Assembly (NCBI GenBank): GCA_027486795.1
Contig: JAIXOI010000012.1
Span: 2,425-66,424 of the forward strand
DNA: 64,000 nt
Reading direction: 5' to 3'
From: Sphingobacteriales bacterium
GTDB taxonomy: Bacteria > Bacteroidota > Bacteroidia > Chitinophagales > CAIOSU01
Both the position numbers and the translations under genes were made by a program. Below the pieces are notes generated by a model. That model was not told the origin of the DNA. It did no database searches and saw only the letters and a program-made list of their open reading frames with translations. Shown here one piece after another: positions 37,705 through 49,800 of this stretch. Position 1 is the first letter of the stretch, and the number at the start of each line of letters is the position of its first letter.

Positions 37705-39074
37705 ACAGGATATTCAACAAAGATTTCGACTTAAACAGGCGATACCTGGCATCAGTTGAGTTAAGCAGCAACAAAACAGCCAAACTTGCGGCAAAGGTCT
37801 TGGTGGTGTTTTCAATAATGTCGTTTTTATTATTGTTTTTTCCATGGACCCAAAATGTGCAAGTTTCAGGCAATGTGATTACGCTGCGCCCCGAACAAAA
37901 GCCGCAACCTATAAACTCAATTATTGCGGGTAAAATAGCCCGTTGGTATGTTAGAGAGGGCCAGATGGTTGAAAGGGGCGATACCATACTTTATTTGGAA
38001 GAGGTAAATGATAAATACTTGGATACGCTCGTGGTGCAGCGCCTTACCGCACAAGTAGAAGCAAAAAAACAAGCCGTTGATTTTTACAAGGAAAAAATAT
38101 CGAGCCAAAACGACCAACTGGGTTCACTTCTGGCTATTCAAAAATTAAAGTTTGAGCAAACCAAGAATAAGCTAGAGCAAAGCAGGCTAAAAGTAATAAC
38201 CGATAGCATAAACGTGGTAGCCGCCGAAACCGATTTGAACGTGGCCCAACGGCAATATAACGGATTTGATACACTATACCGTCAGGGATTGAAATCGCTG
38301 ACAGAGCTTGAAGGGAGAAAACTAAAACTGCAAGAAACACAAGCCAAGTATCTTGGTGCGCAAAATAAATTGCTCACTACCCGAAATGAGTTTTTAAACG
38401 CCGAGATTGAAATGACCGGCATTATGAATGAATATCAAGAGAAAATTTTTAAGACTGAAAGCGAGCAATTTTCGGCTTACACTGACCTATACCAAGCCGA
38501 GGGAGATTATCTAAAGCTTAGCAACGACCTCTCTAACCTTGAGGTAAGGGGTAACTTTTACTTCATTACCAGCCCCCAAAGTGGTTTAATAAGCAGAACT
38601 ATAGCCTCGGGACTTGGTGAATTTATAAGCGCTGGCGAAACCGTGGCTCAAATAGTGCCTACCGACCAAGATTTAGTGCTCGAACTATTTGTGCGGCCCG
38701 TTGATTTGCCGCTATTGCACCCAGGTGGCAAAGCAAGGGTTCAGTTTGATGGCTGGCCAGCTTTTGTGTTCTCCGGGTGGCCGTCGGTAACCCAGGGTAC
38801 TTACGGGGCAGTAGTTATTGCGGTTGACAAGGTTATAAGCCCGAACGGAAAGTTCAGAATACTGGCTGCGCCCGATAAGGATGATATTGAGTGGCCCAAT
38901 GCTATAAGGGTAGGCTCGGGCACCAATGCATGGATAATGCTCGAAGACGTACCAGTTTGGTTTGAACTATGGCGCCAATTTAATGGTTTCCCACCTGAGT
39001 TTTATACTCCCGAAGGCAATAAGACCAGCACCACCGATAAACAACCAGAGAAAGGTAAAGATGAAAAGAAATAA
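37701..39074 (+). CDS. HlyD-family membrane fusion (periplasmic adaptor) protein
   Basis: 457-aa ORF with a single N-terminal TM, a lipoyl-like ...G.V..W.V.EGQ.VE.GD.L..LE, and a long coiled-coil. There is a 4-nt overlap with the ABC gene. Confidence 0.85.
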   Translation: MNRIFNKDFDLNRRYLASVELSSNKTAKLAAKVLVVFSIMSFLLLFFPWTQNVQVSGNVITLRPEQKPQPINSIIAGKIARWYVREGQMVERGDTILYLEEVNDKYLDTLVVQRLTAQVEAKKQAVDFYKEKISSQNDQLGSLLAIQKLKFEQTKNKLEQSRLKVITDSINVVAAETDLNVAQRQYNGFDTLYRQGLKSLTELEGRKLKLQETQAKYLGAQNKLLTTRNEFLNAEIEMTGIMNEYQEKIFKTESEQFSAYTDLYQAEGDYLKLSNDLSNLEVRGNFYFITSPQSGLISRTIASGLGEFISAGETVAQIVPTDQDLVLELFVRPVDLPLLHPGGKARVQFDGWPAFVFSGWPSVTQGTYGAVVIAVDKVISPNGKFRILAAPDKDDIEWPNAIRVGSGTNAWIMLEDVPVWFELWRQFNGFPPEFYTPEGNKTSTTDKQPEKGKDEKK

Positions 39075-40488
39075 TCTTGATTTGGTTTTTCGGTTGCTAA
39101 TGCTGCATATTACTATTTTATTATGCAGCACACTATTGCACGCAGGTACTGACTCAACCAAAGTTTTCGGATTTGAAGAGTTTATGGGCTGGGTAAAACA
39201 GCACCACCCCGTGATGGCACGCGCTGCCATTATTACCGAACAGGCCGAAAACAATTTACTTCAGGCAAGAGGCAATTTCGATCCGCAAATACAGGGCGAC
39301 TTTAACCAAAAAGATTATGGCGACAAAACATATTACCGCATAGCACAAGGCGGGCTATTTGTGCCTGCATGGTTTGGTGCGGATTTAACTGTAAACTACC
39401 GATATAGCGAAGGGGAACAATTGGACCCACAAAACTATGTTCCCGACCCTGGCATTATGGAATTTGGCATATCGGTTCCATTATCGCCAGCATTATGGAT
39501 GGACAAGCGCCGCGCCGCGCTTAAAAATGCTAAACTTTATACCCAGTCGGCAAGTTGGCAGCAGATGGACTTAACCAACCAATTGTACCTTGAGAGCGCG
39601 CTTGACTATTGGGATTGGGCATTGCAATATGAACGGCTTGCCGTATTTGAAGAGGCCCTTGCTATAGCCGAGAGACAATATAACCAAGTGCGCATCGGTG
39701 TACTTGCAGGCGACAGGGCGGCTATTGACTCAATTGAAGCGGCATTGTTGTTGCAGCAAGTAAGGATTAACCTTACGGAAGCACAAATGCTGTCGCAAAA
39801 TGCAAAATACCAACTTGGGGTGCATTTATGGCTGGAGGGCAATGTTCCGCTTGAAGTAAGCGACGAATTGATTCCGGAATCTATACTATCGATAAGTACC
39901 TATTGGAATATACCTGCCGATGAGTCGTTTTTGGATGCACACCCGTTAGTAAACACCTTGCTCATCGATAAGCAAATGCAACTTGTTGATCAGCAATTGT
40001 ATAGAGCGTCTCTTTTCCCAAAAATAAAACTCAAGTATCAAATGCTGGCTGGGTTAGAGCCTTTGGAATTTGATTTTGAAACAGGCGGTAATACCTTGCA
40101 AAACAACCATGCCTTGGGCGTTGGCTTAAGCATACCCATCTTTTGGGCCAATGAGCGAGCCAACCTTTACCAATCAAAATTGAAAATTAGGGATACCGAC
40201 TTAAAGATTGCGTTAAAAAGTATAGAGCTTACCACTAAATACAAACAACTAAGCAACCAAGCCACTACCTACAACGACCAAATAGTGCTGCTAAACGAAA
40301 ACGTGGCAGGCTACCGGACAATGGTAAATGCCGAGGAAACATTGTTGTACCAAGGCGAAAGCTCATTGTTTATGATAAATGCCCGGGTAAACAAGTTGTT
40401 AGATGCGCAATTAAAGTTAGCAGAGCTTCACTTTAAACGCCAAAAAACCTACGTGTATTGGTATGTAATGGCTGGTAAAGGGTTTTAA
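39061..40488 (+). CDS. TolC-family outer membrane efflux protein
   Basis: Starts at the internal ATG (MKRNNLDLVF..., signal peptide). The two-repeat alpha/beta pattern, the length of about 475 aa and the operon position fit TolC. There is a 14-nt overlap with the hlyD-like gene. Confidence 0.8.
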   Translation: MKRNNLDLVFRLLMLHITILLCSTLLHAGTDSTKVFGFEEFMGWVKQHHPVMARAAIITEQAENNLLQARGNFDPQIQGDFNQKDYGDKTYYRIAQGGLFVPAWFGADLTVNYRYSEGEQLDPQNYVPDPGIMEFGISVPLSPALWMDKRRAALKNAKLYTQSASWQQMDLTNQLYLESALDYWDWALQYERLAVFEEALAIAERQYNQVRIGVLAGDRAAIDSIEAALLLQQVRINLTEAQMLSQNAKYQLGVHLWLEGNVPLEVSDELIPESILSISTYWNIPADESFLDAHPLVNTLLIDKQMQLVDQQLYRASLFPKIKLKYQMLAGLEPLEFDFETGGNTLQNNHALGVGLSIPIFWANERANLYQSKLKIRDTDLKIALKSIELTTKYKQLSNQATTYNDQIVLLNENVAGYRTMVNAEETLLYQGESSLFMINARVNKLLDAQLKLAELHFKRQKTYVYWYVMAGKGF

Positions 40489-40810
40489 GAAATAAAAAAT
40501 AAATTATTTCCATCCTTATACAACCTTTTTGCCTCGCTTGTCGTTATCAAGGTATAGGTTATTAGTTCCCAACGATTTATGGACCAACACCCCATTGTCA
40601 GATTGCTTTTAAAGAGCTAGTCCCTATACTTTTTAGATGACCAACAAACGTAATGACCAATGGACCACTTACTCTTAACCACCGCACAAACCGCGGGTAT
40701 AGTTATAGCAACTTGCTTATTTGCTGATTTCATTATCATCCACTTGGTGCGGTATGGCAAAATTAAACGCATCCAGCGCAAATCAGTAACCAGTAAATAG
40801 TTGTTTGCTT

Positions 40811-43800
40811 TTACCTTAGCACCGTTACATTTCCTTTTAAGAATACATCGCCACCATTAGGGCAAGTACCTTCAAGGTAATATACAAATACACCTGGGTC
40901 AACCATTGAATTGTGGTATGTTCCGTTCCATCCTTGCTCAATATCACTGGTTTCGAACACCAAATTACCCCAACGGTCAAAGATTCTGAATACCTTAATT
41001 TGTTCAAACGAATGGCTGCGCACGTATAGTACGTCGTTGCTCTTATCATTGTTTGGCGAGAACGAGTTGGGTACAAAAATATCCTGCTCGCAAGTGGTCA
41101 AAACCTTTACGCTTAAGTCATCTTCAGCGGTACAACCATTTACATCCGTTACAAACACGTTGTAGGTATTGCTGCCCCACGCATTGAAACTTATGTTACC
41201 ACAATCGCTGCAATCAAGGCTATCGTTCGGGCTCCAGTAGTATTCTGCAATATTGCCGGTGGTATTGGCATTCAATGTCACGTATTCTCCCATCAATACG
41301 GTTCTATTCGGTCCAAGGTCAACTGTTGGCAAGCTGTTAACCACAATGTTTATTGATTGAGTATCAGCCGCACAACCGTCGCTGTTGATAGCTACTTGAA
41401 CAGTCATGCTTTCGCCAGGGAAAAACGTTTGTGACAAACGGTTCGGGTTATTAAACATGCTTTCTGGCAACCAAGTAATGGTATAACCTGATAAGCCCGT
41501 TTCTAAAATATCAATACTCAAATTCACGTTTTGGCCATCACAAATAACAGCCCCATCGCTTACCGCGGCCAATATGGTTTCAATTACTTTCACATTTACG
41601 GTGTCGAAATCATTACAACCGTATTGGTTGTATGCCTCAACAATGTAAGTGGTGCTAATAGTTGGAGCAATTATAGGGCTTTGGATAGTAGCATCGGGCT
41701 GGCCGTTTGCGGTCCAGTTAAAGCCCGTTGCGCCGGTAGCAATGGTAGTCAATTCCAACGTTTCGCTATTACACATCGTTACATCTTCAATAGTTTGCAC
41801 CGTTGGCAAAGGCCTAACATTTACCCTTACAGTATCTAAAGTGCTACAGCCAAACTCATTGTATCCTACTACTAAATAAGTAATGCTTTCGGTTGGGGTA
41901 GCCGTTGGGTTAGTGCAATCAAGGCACGAAATGTCTTGATTAGGGCCCCAAGCATAATCAATAGCACCCGATACCTGCAAGTTGGCACTTTCGCCCAAGC
42001 AAATATCAACGTTAGGCGAAACAGTAATAGCTGGCACCGGATTCACCTTAAGTACGATGCTGTCAACGGCAGCACAGCCATTGGTATCGGTAACCAATAC
42101 GGTATAGGTTATGTCTTGCGCAGCATAAGCAGTGGTATTCGGCAAGGTTGATGTTGTAAGATAGGTAGTTGGGGTCCAAACATAATCGCTACCACCTGTT
42201 GCGGTAAACCTGAGGCTATCGCCAAAGCAAGCAACGGTGTCACCATTTATTGCTGGTATAGGCAGAGCATTTACCGTAACCTTAACAGTATCAAAAGCGG
42301 TACAACCGTTAAGGAACTCGGTGCGCAAGAAATAATCGGTAGTGGTAGTTGGCTTCACGGTTGGGTTCGCAATATTAGGGTCGCTAATATATTGGTCTCC
42401 GCTCCAAACAAATATTTGGCCACCAAAACCTTGCAGTTGTGCTACCTGCCCGAAACATATCGTGGTATCAGGACCACCAATAGCCACAGGAGATGGCAAC
42501 ATATCCACTACCTGCATGGCAGTATCCATGCAACCATAGCTATCTTGTATAAGTAATACAATCGCTCTACGGCCAGGAGTGCTGTACGTTACCGTAGTGT
42601 TTTGGGTGTTGGCCAAACCACCATCATCCAAGTTCCATAACCAAGAAACGATTGGGTTATCTCCGCTACTTTGGTCAGTTAGGGTAATATGTTGTGGCGT
42701 GCAAGCGCTCGAATCGGATAAGGTAAACATAGCCTCTAGCTGATGCACTACGATATCTATTTCGGCAGAGCTTTGGCAACCGTTAGCATCTGTAACCATT
42801 ACGGTGTAAGTTACACTGCTATCGGGTGCTGCAACTACCATATTGCAAGCATTGCCACAAGTAATACCTTGCGTTGGTGTCCAAACATAATCAACTCCGC
42901 CACTTGCTGTTAACTCCACCGTTTGGCTGTGACAAATAGTCGTATCAGGGCTCGTAATTACCATAGGCAAAGGATTAACCGTAATGGTTACTTCCTCTGA
43001 CCGCGGGCAACCATTTACACCAGTTGCGGTTAGGGTATAAGTGGTAGTGCTGTCAGGAGTGGCAATGGTAGTGCTACAAGTATCGCAAGCTAAGCCAGCA
43101 GAAGGCTGCCATAAATAGGTAAATGGTTGCATTGAGCCGCCTGAAATTTCAACGGCATTGCCAAAGCAAATAGTAGTATCAGGGTTTGTGGTAATGCCTG
43201 GCAACAACAACCGAGTAATGGTAGTTGATCCGGTATTGATACAGCCGTTGGTATCAGTAACCTGAACGGTATAGGTGTGTACCAAGTTAGTTGGGCTAAA
43301 AGGATTGGCAATAGGGTCAGGGCAGGTATTGCAGCTCAAACCTGATGCTGGAGTCCATAGGTAACCAACACCGCCTGTGGCATTCAATTGCAATACATCG
43401 CCATCGCATAGCTCTTGGCTTGGGGTGGTAGTTACCACTGGCAATGGGTTTACATTAACTATAACTTGGCTAGTGCCTTGGCAACCGTTTGCATCTGTTA
43501 CAGTTAAACCATAGGTAGTGGTATTGGTTGGGAATGCTTGTGGCGAGGCAACAGTAGCATCGCTCAAACTACCAGCAGGAGACCATTGGTATACCAAGCC
43601 ACCAGTACCCAGCAAGGTTGTTGTGTCGTTTATACAGATAGTGCGATCGGGGCCAGCTGCAACTGCTGGTAATGCATTGATGGTAATTACTAAGCTAGTG
43701 GTATCAATACAACCAGTGCTGGTAGTAACTTGCAATTGGACTGTATAAACCCCAGCTACAGTATAGGTATGGCTTGGGCTTTGAGCAAAAGATGTTGCAC

Positions 43801-46800
43801 CATCGCCAAATATCCAACCCCAAGCAACGATCGTACTATCGGCCACGCTCAAATCGTTAAACTGAATGGTAGTCGGCGCGCAAGCTGTAGTATCCGAGGT
43901 GCTAAAACGAGCATCCACGGTATTTAGGTTTACCCTCACTTGGGCACTATCTACACAACCGAAAATATTGGTTACAACGGCTGTATAGGTAGTATTCACC
44001 GTTGGTGTTGCGATAGGATTTGGGCAGTTCAAGCAGTTCAAGCCTGCCGCAGGACCCCAGCTGTAACCAGCACCACCGGCAGCAAACAACTGCACACGCT
44101 CGCCCAAGCAAAGCAAAGTGTCAGGGTGGATGGTAACTATTGGCAACGGGTTTACGGTAATGGTCGTGCTACCGGTGTTGATACAACCGTTGGCATCGGT
44201 TACGGTTACGCTATAAGTGGTAGTAGCTGTTGGGCTGGCAATTGGGTTAGCAATATTGGCATTGCTCAAGCTGGCGCCGTTGCTCCAAGCGTAGCTAACA
44301 CCACCCGTAGCAGTTAACTGAGATGATTGGCCAATACAGATAGCCGCTGGCGGAGAAGTTGCCACCACTGGCAGCGGGTTCACGGTTATGGTAGTGCTGC
44401 CATAGTTTATACAGCCATTGGCATCGGTTACAGTTACGTTGTAAGTAGTTGTTACCGTTGGTGTAGCAACCGGGCCGGCAATGTTGGCATTGCTCAATGT
44501 TACTGCTGGCGACCAAAGGTAGGTTACACCACCCGTAGCACTTAAGGTGCTGCTCTCGCCAATACAGATAGTAGCATTAGGTGAAGTGGTTACTGTTGGC
44601 AATGGGTTTACATTTACCACCGCTTGTGCAGTATTTACACAGCCATTGGCATCAGTTACGGTTACTATATAAGTTGTGGTAGCAATTGGTGTAGCTTGCG
44701 GGTTGCGGATGGCACTATTGCTCAGTGTTGCTCCATTGTTCCAAGCATAGCTTACACCACCCGATGCGTTCAATTGGGTGCTGCCGTTGATACAGATTGT
44801 ACCGCCGGTTGCCGTTGGGGTTGGCAAAGGGTTTACGGTAATGGTCGTGCTACCGGTGTTGATACAACCATTGGCATCGGTTACGGTTACACTATAGGTA
44901 GTAGTTACTGTTGGGCTGGCAATAGGGTTAGCAATGCTGGCATTGCTCAAGCTGGCGCCGTTGCTCCAAGCATAGCTCACGCCGCCTGTCGCGGTCAGTT
45001 GCGACGATTGGCCAATACAGATAGCTGCTGGTGGAGAGGTTACTACCACTGGTAGCGGGTTCACGGTTATGGTAGTGCTGCCATAGTTTATACAGCCGTT
45101 GGCATCGGTTACTGTAACGTTGTAAGTGGTAGTTACTGTTGGTGTGGCAACCGGGCCGGCAATGTTGGCATTGCTCAAAGTTGCGGCTGGCGACCAAAGG
45201 TAGGTTACACCACCAGTAGCACTTAAAGTGCTGCTCTCGCCAATACAAATTGTAGCATTAGGTGAGGTGGTTACTGTTGGCAATGGGTTTACATTTACCA
45301 CCGCTTGTGCAGTATTTACACAGCCATTGGCATCAGTTACGGTTACTATATAAGTTGTGGTAGCAGTTGGTGTAGCTTGCGGGTTGCGGATGGCGATGTT
45401 GCTAAGCGTTGCTGCGTTGTTCCATGCATAGCTTACACCACCGTTTGCGTTCAATTGGGTACTGCCATTGATACAAATTGTGCCGCCTGTAGCAGTAGGG
45501 GTAGGTAAAGGGTTTACAGTAATGGTAGTGCTTCCAGTATTAATACAACCGTTGGCATCGGTTACGGTTACGTTATAGGTAGTAGTTACTGTTGGGCTGG
45601 CAATAGGGTTAGCAATGCTGGCATTGCTCAAACTGGCACCGTTGCTCCAAGCATAGCTCACGCCGCCTGTGGCAGTTAACTGAGACGATTGGCCGATACA
45701 GATAGCTGCTGGTGGAGAAGTTGCCACCACTGGCAGCGGGTTCACGGTTATGGCAGTGCTGCCATAGTTTATACAGCCATTGGCATCGGTTACGGTTACA
45801 TTGTAAGTAGTAGTTACCGTTGGCGTGGCAACCGGGCCAGCAATGTTGGCATTGCTCAATGTTGCGGCTGGCAACCAAAGGTAGGTTACACCGCCCGTAG
45901 CACTTAAAGTGCTGCTCTCGCCAATGCAGATAGTAGCATTAGGTGAAGTGGTTACTGTTGGCAATGGGTTTACACTCACCACCGCTTGTGCAGTATTTAC
46001 ACAGCCATTGGCATCAGTTACAGTTACAACATAGGTAGTTGTAGCAGTTGGTGTAGCTTGCGGGTTGCGGATGGCACTATTGCTCAGTGTTGCTCCATTG
46101 TTCCAAGCATAGCTTACACCACCCGATGCGTTTAGCTGGGCACTGCCGCTTTCACATATTGTACCACCAGTTGCAGTAGGTGTAGGTAGTGGGTTTACAG
46201 TTACTGTTACGGTATCTCTATCTTGGCAACCATTGGCATCGGTAACTAAAAGCACATAATTGGTAGTAACGGTAGGGCTGGCTACTGGATTTGCAATGTT
46301 GGTAGCACTTAGCCCCGTAGCTGGCGACCATTGGTAAGTTACACCACCTGAGCCACTCAAGGTTTCGCTTTGCCCTATGCAAATTGCCAAATCAAGGCCA
46401 GCAGCTGCTGCTGGCGGAACACTTAATGTAATTGGCATGGCAAAGGTATCTTTACAACCCATTATGGTAGTAATCATCAATTGCACATTGTAAGTGCCCG
46501 GGTTAGCGTAATTGCGGCTTGGGTTCTGTAGTGTGCTGGTTGTGCCATCATCAAACACCCAAAGGATGCTTGATATGGTAGTATCGGCGGTGCTTTGGTT
46601 GGTAAAGTTAATGGTAGCAGGGAAACAAGCATTTTGGGTGTTTACGGTAAACAATGCCGTTGGGTCGTCCATTACCCTAATATAGCCGGGGCGGAAAAGG
46701 GTATCAGAACAGCCAACTGCGTTTGTGGCTATAAGGGTTACATCATAACTTCCAGTGGCAGCATAGTAATGAGATGGATTCTGAGCGTTACTAGTGTCGC

Positions 46801-49800
46801 CATCGCCAAAGTCCCAGTGCCAAGCTACTATGCCCGGTACACCGCTAGATAAATCGGTGAAATTGGCTACACCCGGACGGCACATATACGTCACATCCGA
46901 AACAAAATTAGCATTCACTATCGCCGCAAAAATAGGGCTGATGGTAGGCAAGGAAATAACACAACCCATGTTGTCATCCAAAATCAATTGTGGGTTGAAA
47001 GTACCCGGAGTGGCATAATAGTGTGTGGTGGTATCATCGTCAACCGAAACACTACCGTCGCCAAAATCCCAAATATGGGTTACTGCCGGGTTGGTGCCTT
47101 GCGCGTAAAACTCTACTTCAAATGGAGCGCAAAAAGTAATCTGGTTGTAAATGAAACTGCCAGTTGGGCCACCTACTACTATTGAGTCGGGCAAGTTGTA
47201 GGTTGCTGTGCAGCCTATGCTATTGGTAATTGTAAGCGTTGGATAGTAAACCCCTGGTGTGGTATAAATATGCGTTGGGTTTTCTAAAGTACTGGTGCTG
47301 CCGTTGCCAAAATTATACAACCAGCTAGTAACATCGGCACTTGATTGGTTTGCAAAATTTACCAACAATGGCGGGCAGTTAGCCCCCAAAGTATCCGTTA
47401 CAAACTGGGCGGTTGGCTGTACTACATGAATGTACTGGTTTCGAACCGTTGTGCTATCGCAACCATTAATGTCGAATACTTGTAAGGTAATGGTATAACG
47501 CCCAGTATCGGCAAAAGTGTGAGTAGGATTGGTAGCCGTTGAGGTAGTTCCATCGCCAAAAGTCCAAGCATACGTCATGCCGCTGCCTACTGAAGTATTG
47601 GTAAATTGTACAGGGCCGCCAAGGCAAACCAAAGTATCATCAGAATAAAAAGCTGGCGTTGGGTAGGTGGGTACGATAAAGTTTACTCGGCTTAGCGTAT
47701 TGCTGCATCCGTTATTGTCGGTTACAGTAAGGCTTATGGTATAATTTCCTGGCACGGTATAACTAGCAGAGGGGTTCTGTTGGGTGCTAGTTTGCCCGGC
47801 ACCAAGATCCCAGTTCCAAGCAACTACGTTGCCCATAAATGAAGTCGACAAATCTTGATATTGCACATTCAAAGGCGTACATCCTGTTAAGGTATCGGCA
47901 TCGAAATTGGCGAAGGCACCAAGGGCTGTAATATAATTGGGCCTAATAAATGTATCGGGGCAGTTATGAATATCGCGCACTATCAACCTTACGGTATAAA
48001 CCCCCGGTGTTTGGTACAATACACTTGGATTCGGGTCGGTTGAGGTTTGACCATTGCCAAAATCCCACTGATACGAGAATGCATCGGTAGCATTATTGGT
48101 AAAGGTTACTGGTAGGTTTACACAGCCAATAGTATCATTAGCCGTGAATGCCGCAATAGGTTCCCTGATTTGAACCAAAGCTTGGCTGCTATCCAAGCAA
48201 CCGCCAATTGTATCCCACACAATTAAAGTTACGGTATAATCTCCACGGGTTGGATAAGTATAACTTGCATCACGAGTAATAGCTGTGTCGCCAGTTCCAA
48301 ATTTCCATAACCACACATGGCCACCCAAAGAGGTATTGGTAAAATTCACCGAATAAGGGTCGCTGCAGCTATAAAGCGTATTGAAACTAGCCCTTGGCGG
48401 GAAAATGCGGATGTAATCGGGTTTTACTAAAGTATCGTAACAACCATTTACGCCCACAATTAAGGTAACCGTAAAAAGACCTGTATCTCCATATTGATAC
48501 ACTGGGTTTTGGTCGAAAGAGGTACCTCCATCGCCAAACTGCCAAAACCAGAAATCGGCAGGTGTGCTCAAATCAGTAAAACTCACAGGGAAAAACAAAC
48601 AGGTTTGGCGCGGAGTAGCCGTAAACTCAACGGTTGGTTGCTCGCCGGCACGTATGTACTGCGGGTAAGTAATGGTGCGGGTGCATCCGCTAGCGGTAGT
48701 TATGGTAAGGGTAACATCAAAACGACCTACTGTGGTGTAGGTGTGCGAAGGATTGCGAAGGGTACTAGTGCTTCCATCGCCAAAATTCCAACTCCAACCA
48801 ACAATGCCGTTGTTGGCACTACTTTGGTCGGTAAACTGCACTGCCAATGGTATGCAGCCCTCCCTTACATTGGCCGTAAAGGCTACGGTTGGTAGTTGCA
48901 CGGTAATATAATCGGTGCGGGTGCGAGAGTGAGTACAGCCATTTATGCTGGTGGCTACCAACCTAACCGTGTAAGTACCCGGGCTAGTGTAAGTATGGCT
49001 CGGGTTTTGTGCAGTTGAGGTAGTGCCGTCGCCAAATTCCCAAAAATAGGTGTTGCCGTCTACGGTAGTGTTGTTAAACTGTACGGTAAAAGGCACTTCG
49101 CAACCAGCCGTTGGAGTGGCGGTAAAATTGGTAACCGGGCGTGGTCTAACATCAATGAAATTGGTGCGGGTAAGGGTGTCATAACAACCATTACTATTTC
49201 TCACTATTAAAGTAACAGTATACAACCCAGGTGCACTGTAACTGCGCACTGGATTCTCAGAAGTAGATGTATTGCCGTCTCCAAAAGTCCATCTCCACCA
49301 AACTGCGCCGGGCGAATTGCTAGTATAAGTTACATTTTGCCCTACACAAGGGTTGGTGCGGTTCACGCTAAAGTTGGCCACAATATTATTAATGCTCACA
49401 TAGTTGTTTCTGGTCAACGTGTCACTGCAGCCTGCACTGTTGGTTGCAATTAAACGAACCGTAAAGTTGCCCCCTGCATTATAAGTGTGACTAGGGTTTT
49501 GTTGGGTGCTGGTGCTACCATCGCCAAACGACCAAGCGTAAGTGAAGCCACTTCCGCCTGTCGTGGTATTATTAAAGTTCACGGTATGGGGTATGTTGCA
49601 ACCATTGGTAGGGGTACCTGTAAAAGCTACGGTAGGTTTTGGCATAATGGTAATGTACGAAGTACGGGTAAATTCATGTTTACATCCGTTTGCATCACGA
49701 GCCAAAAGGGTTACGGTATAGGTGCCCGGGGTGGTATAGGTGTGTGATGGGTTTTGTTGAGTGCTGGTGCTACCATCGCCAAAATCCCAAATCCAAGAAG

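Noticed and set aside
38962-39060. 33-codon upstream extension of the TolC ORF overlapping the hlyD-like gene
   Set aside because: The internal ATG at 39061 is followed directly by a signal peptide and gives the usual short operon overlap. The extension lies entirely within the HlyD coding frame.
43090-46000. Series of 60-140-aa ORFs on both strands inside the giant adhesin gene, several with near-identical sequences
   Set aside because: They lie in alternative frames of the 9.4-kb ORF. They recur only because the underlying 681-bp DNA unit recurs, and their composition is Cys/Trp/Arg-rich and unlike real proteins.
44142-46184. Regularly spaced repeats that could be mistaken for a CRISPR-like array
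   Set aside because: The units are 681 bp and contiguous, with no unique spacers. They lie fully inside one long open reading frame and no cas genes are present.
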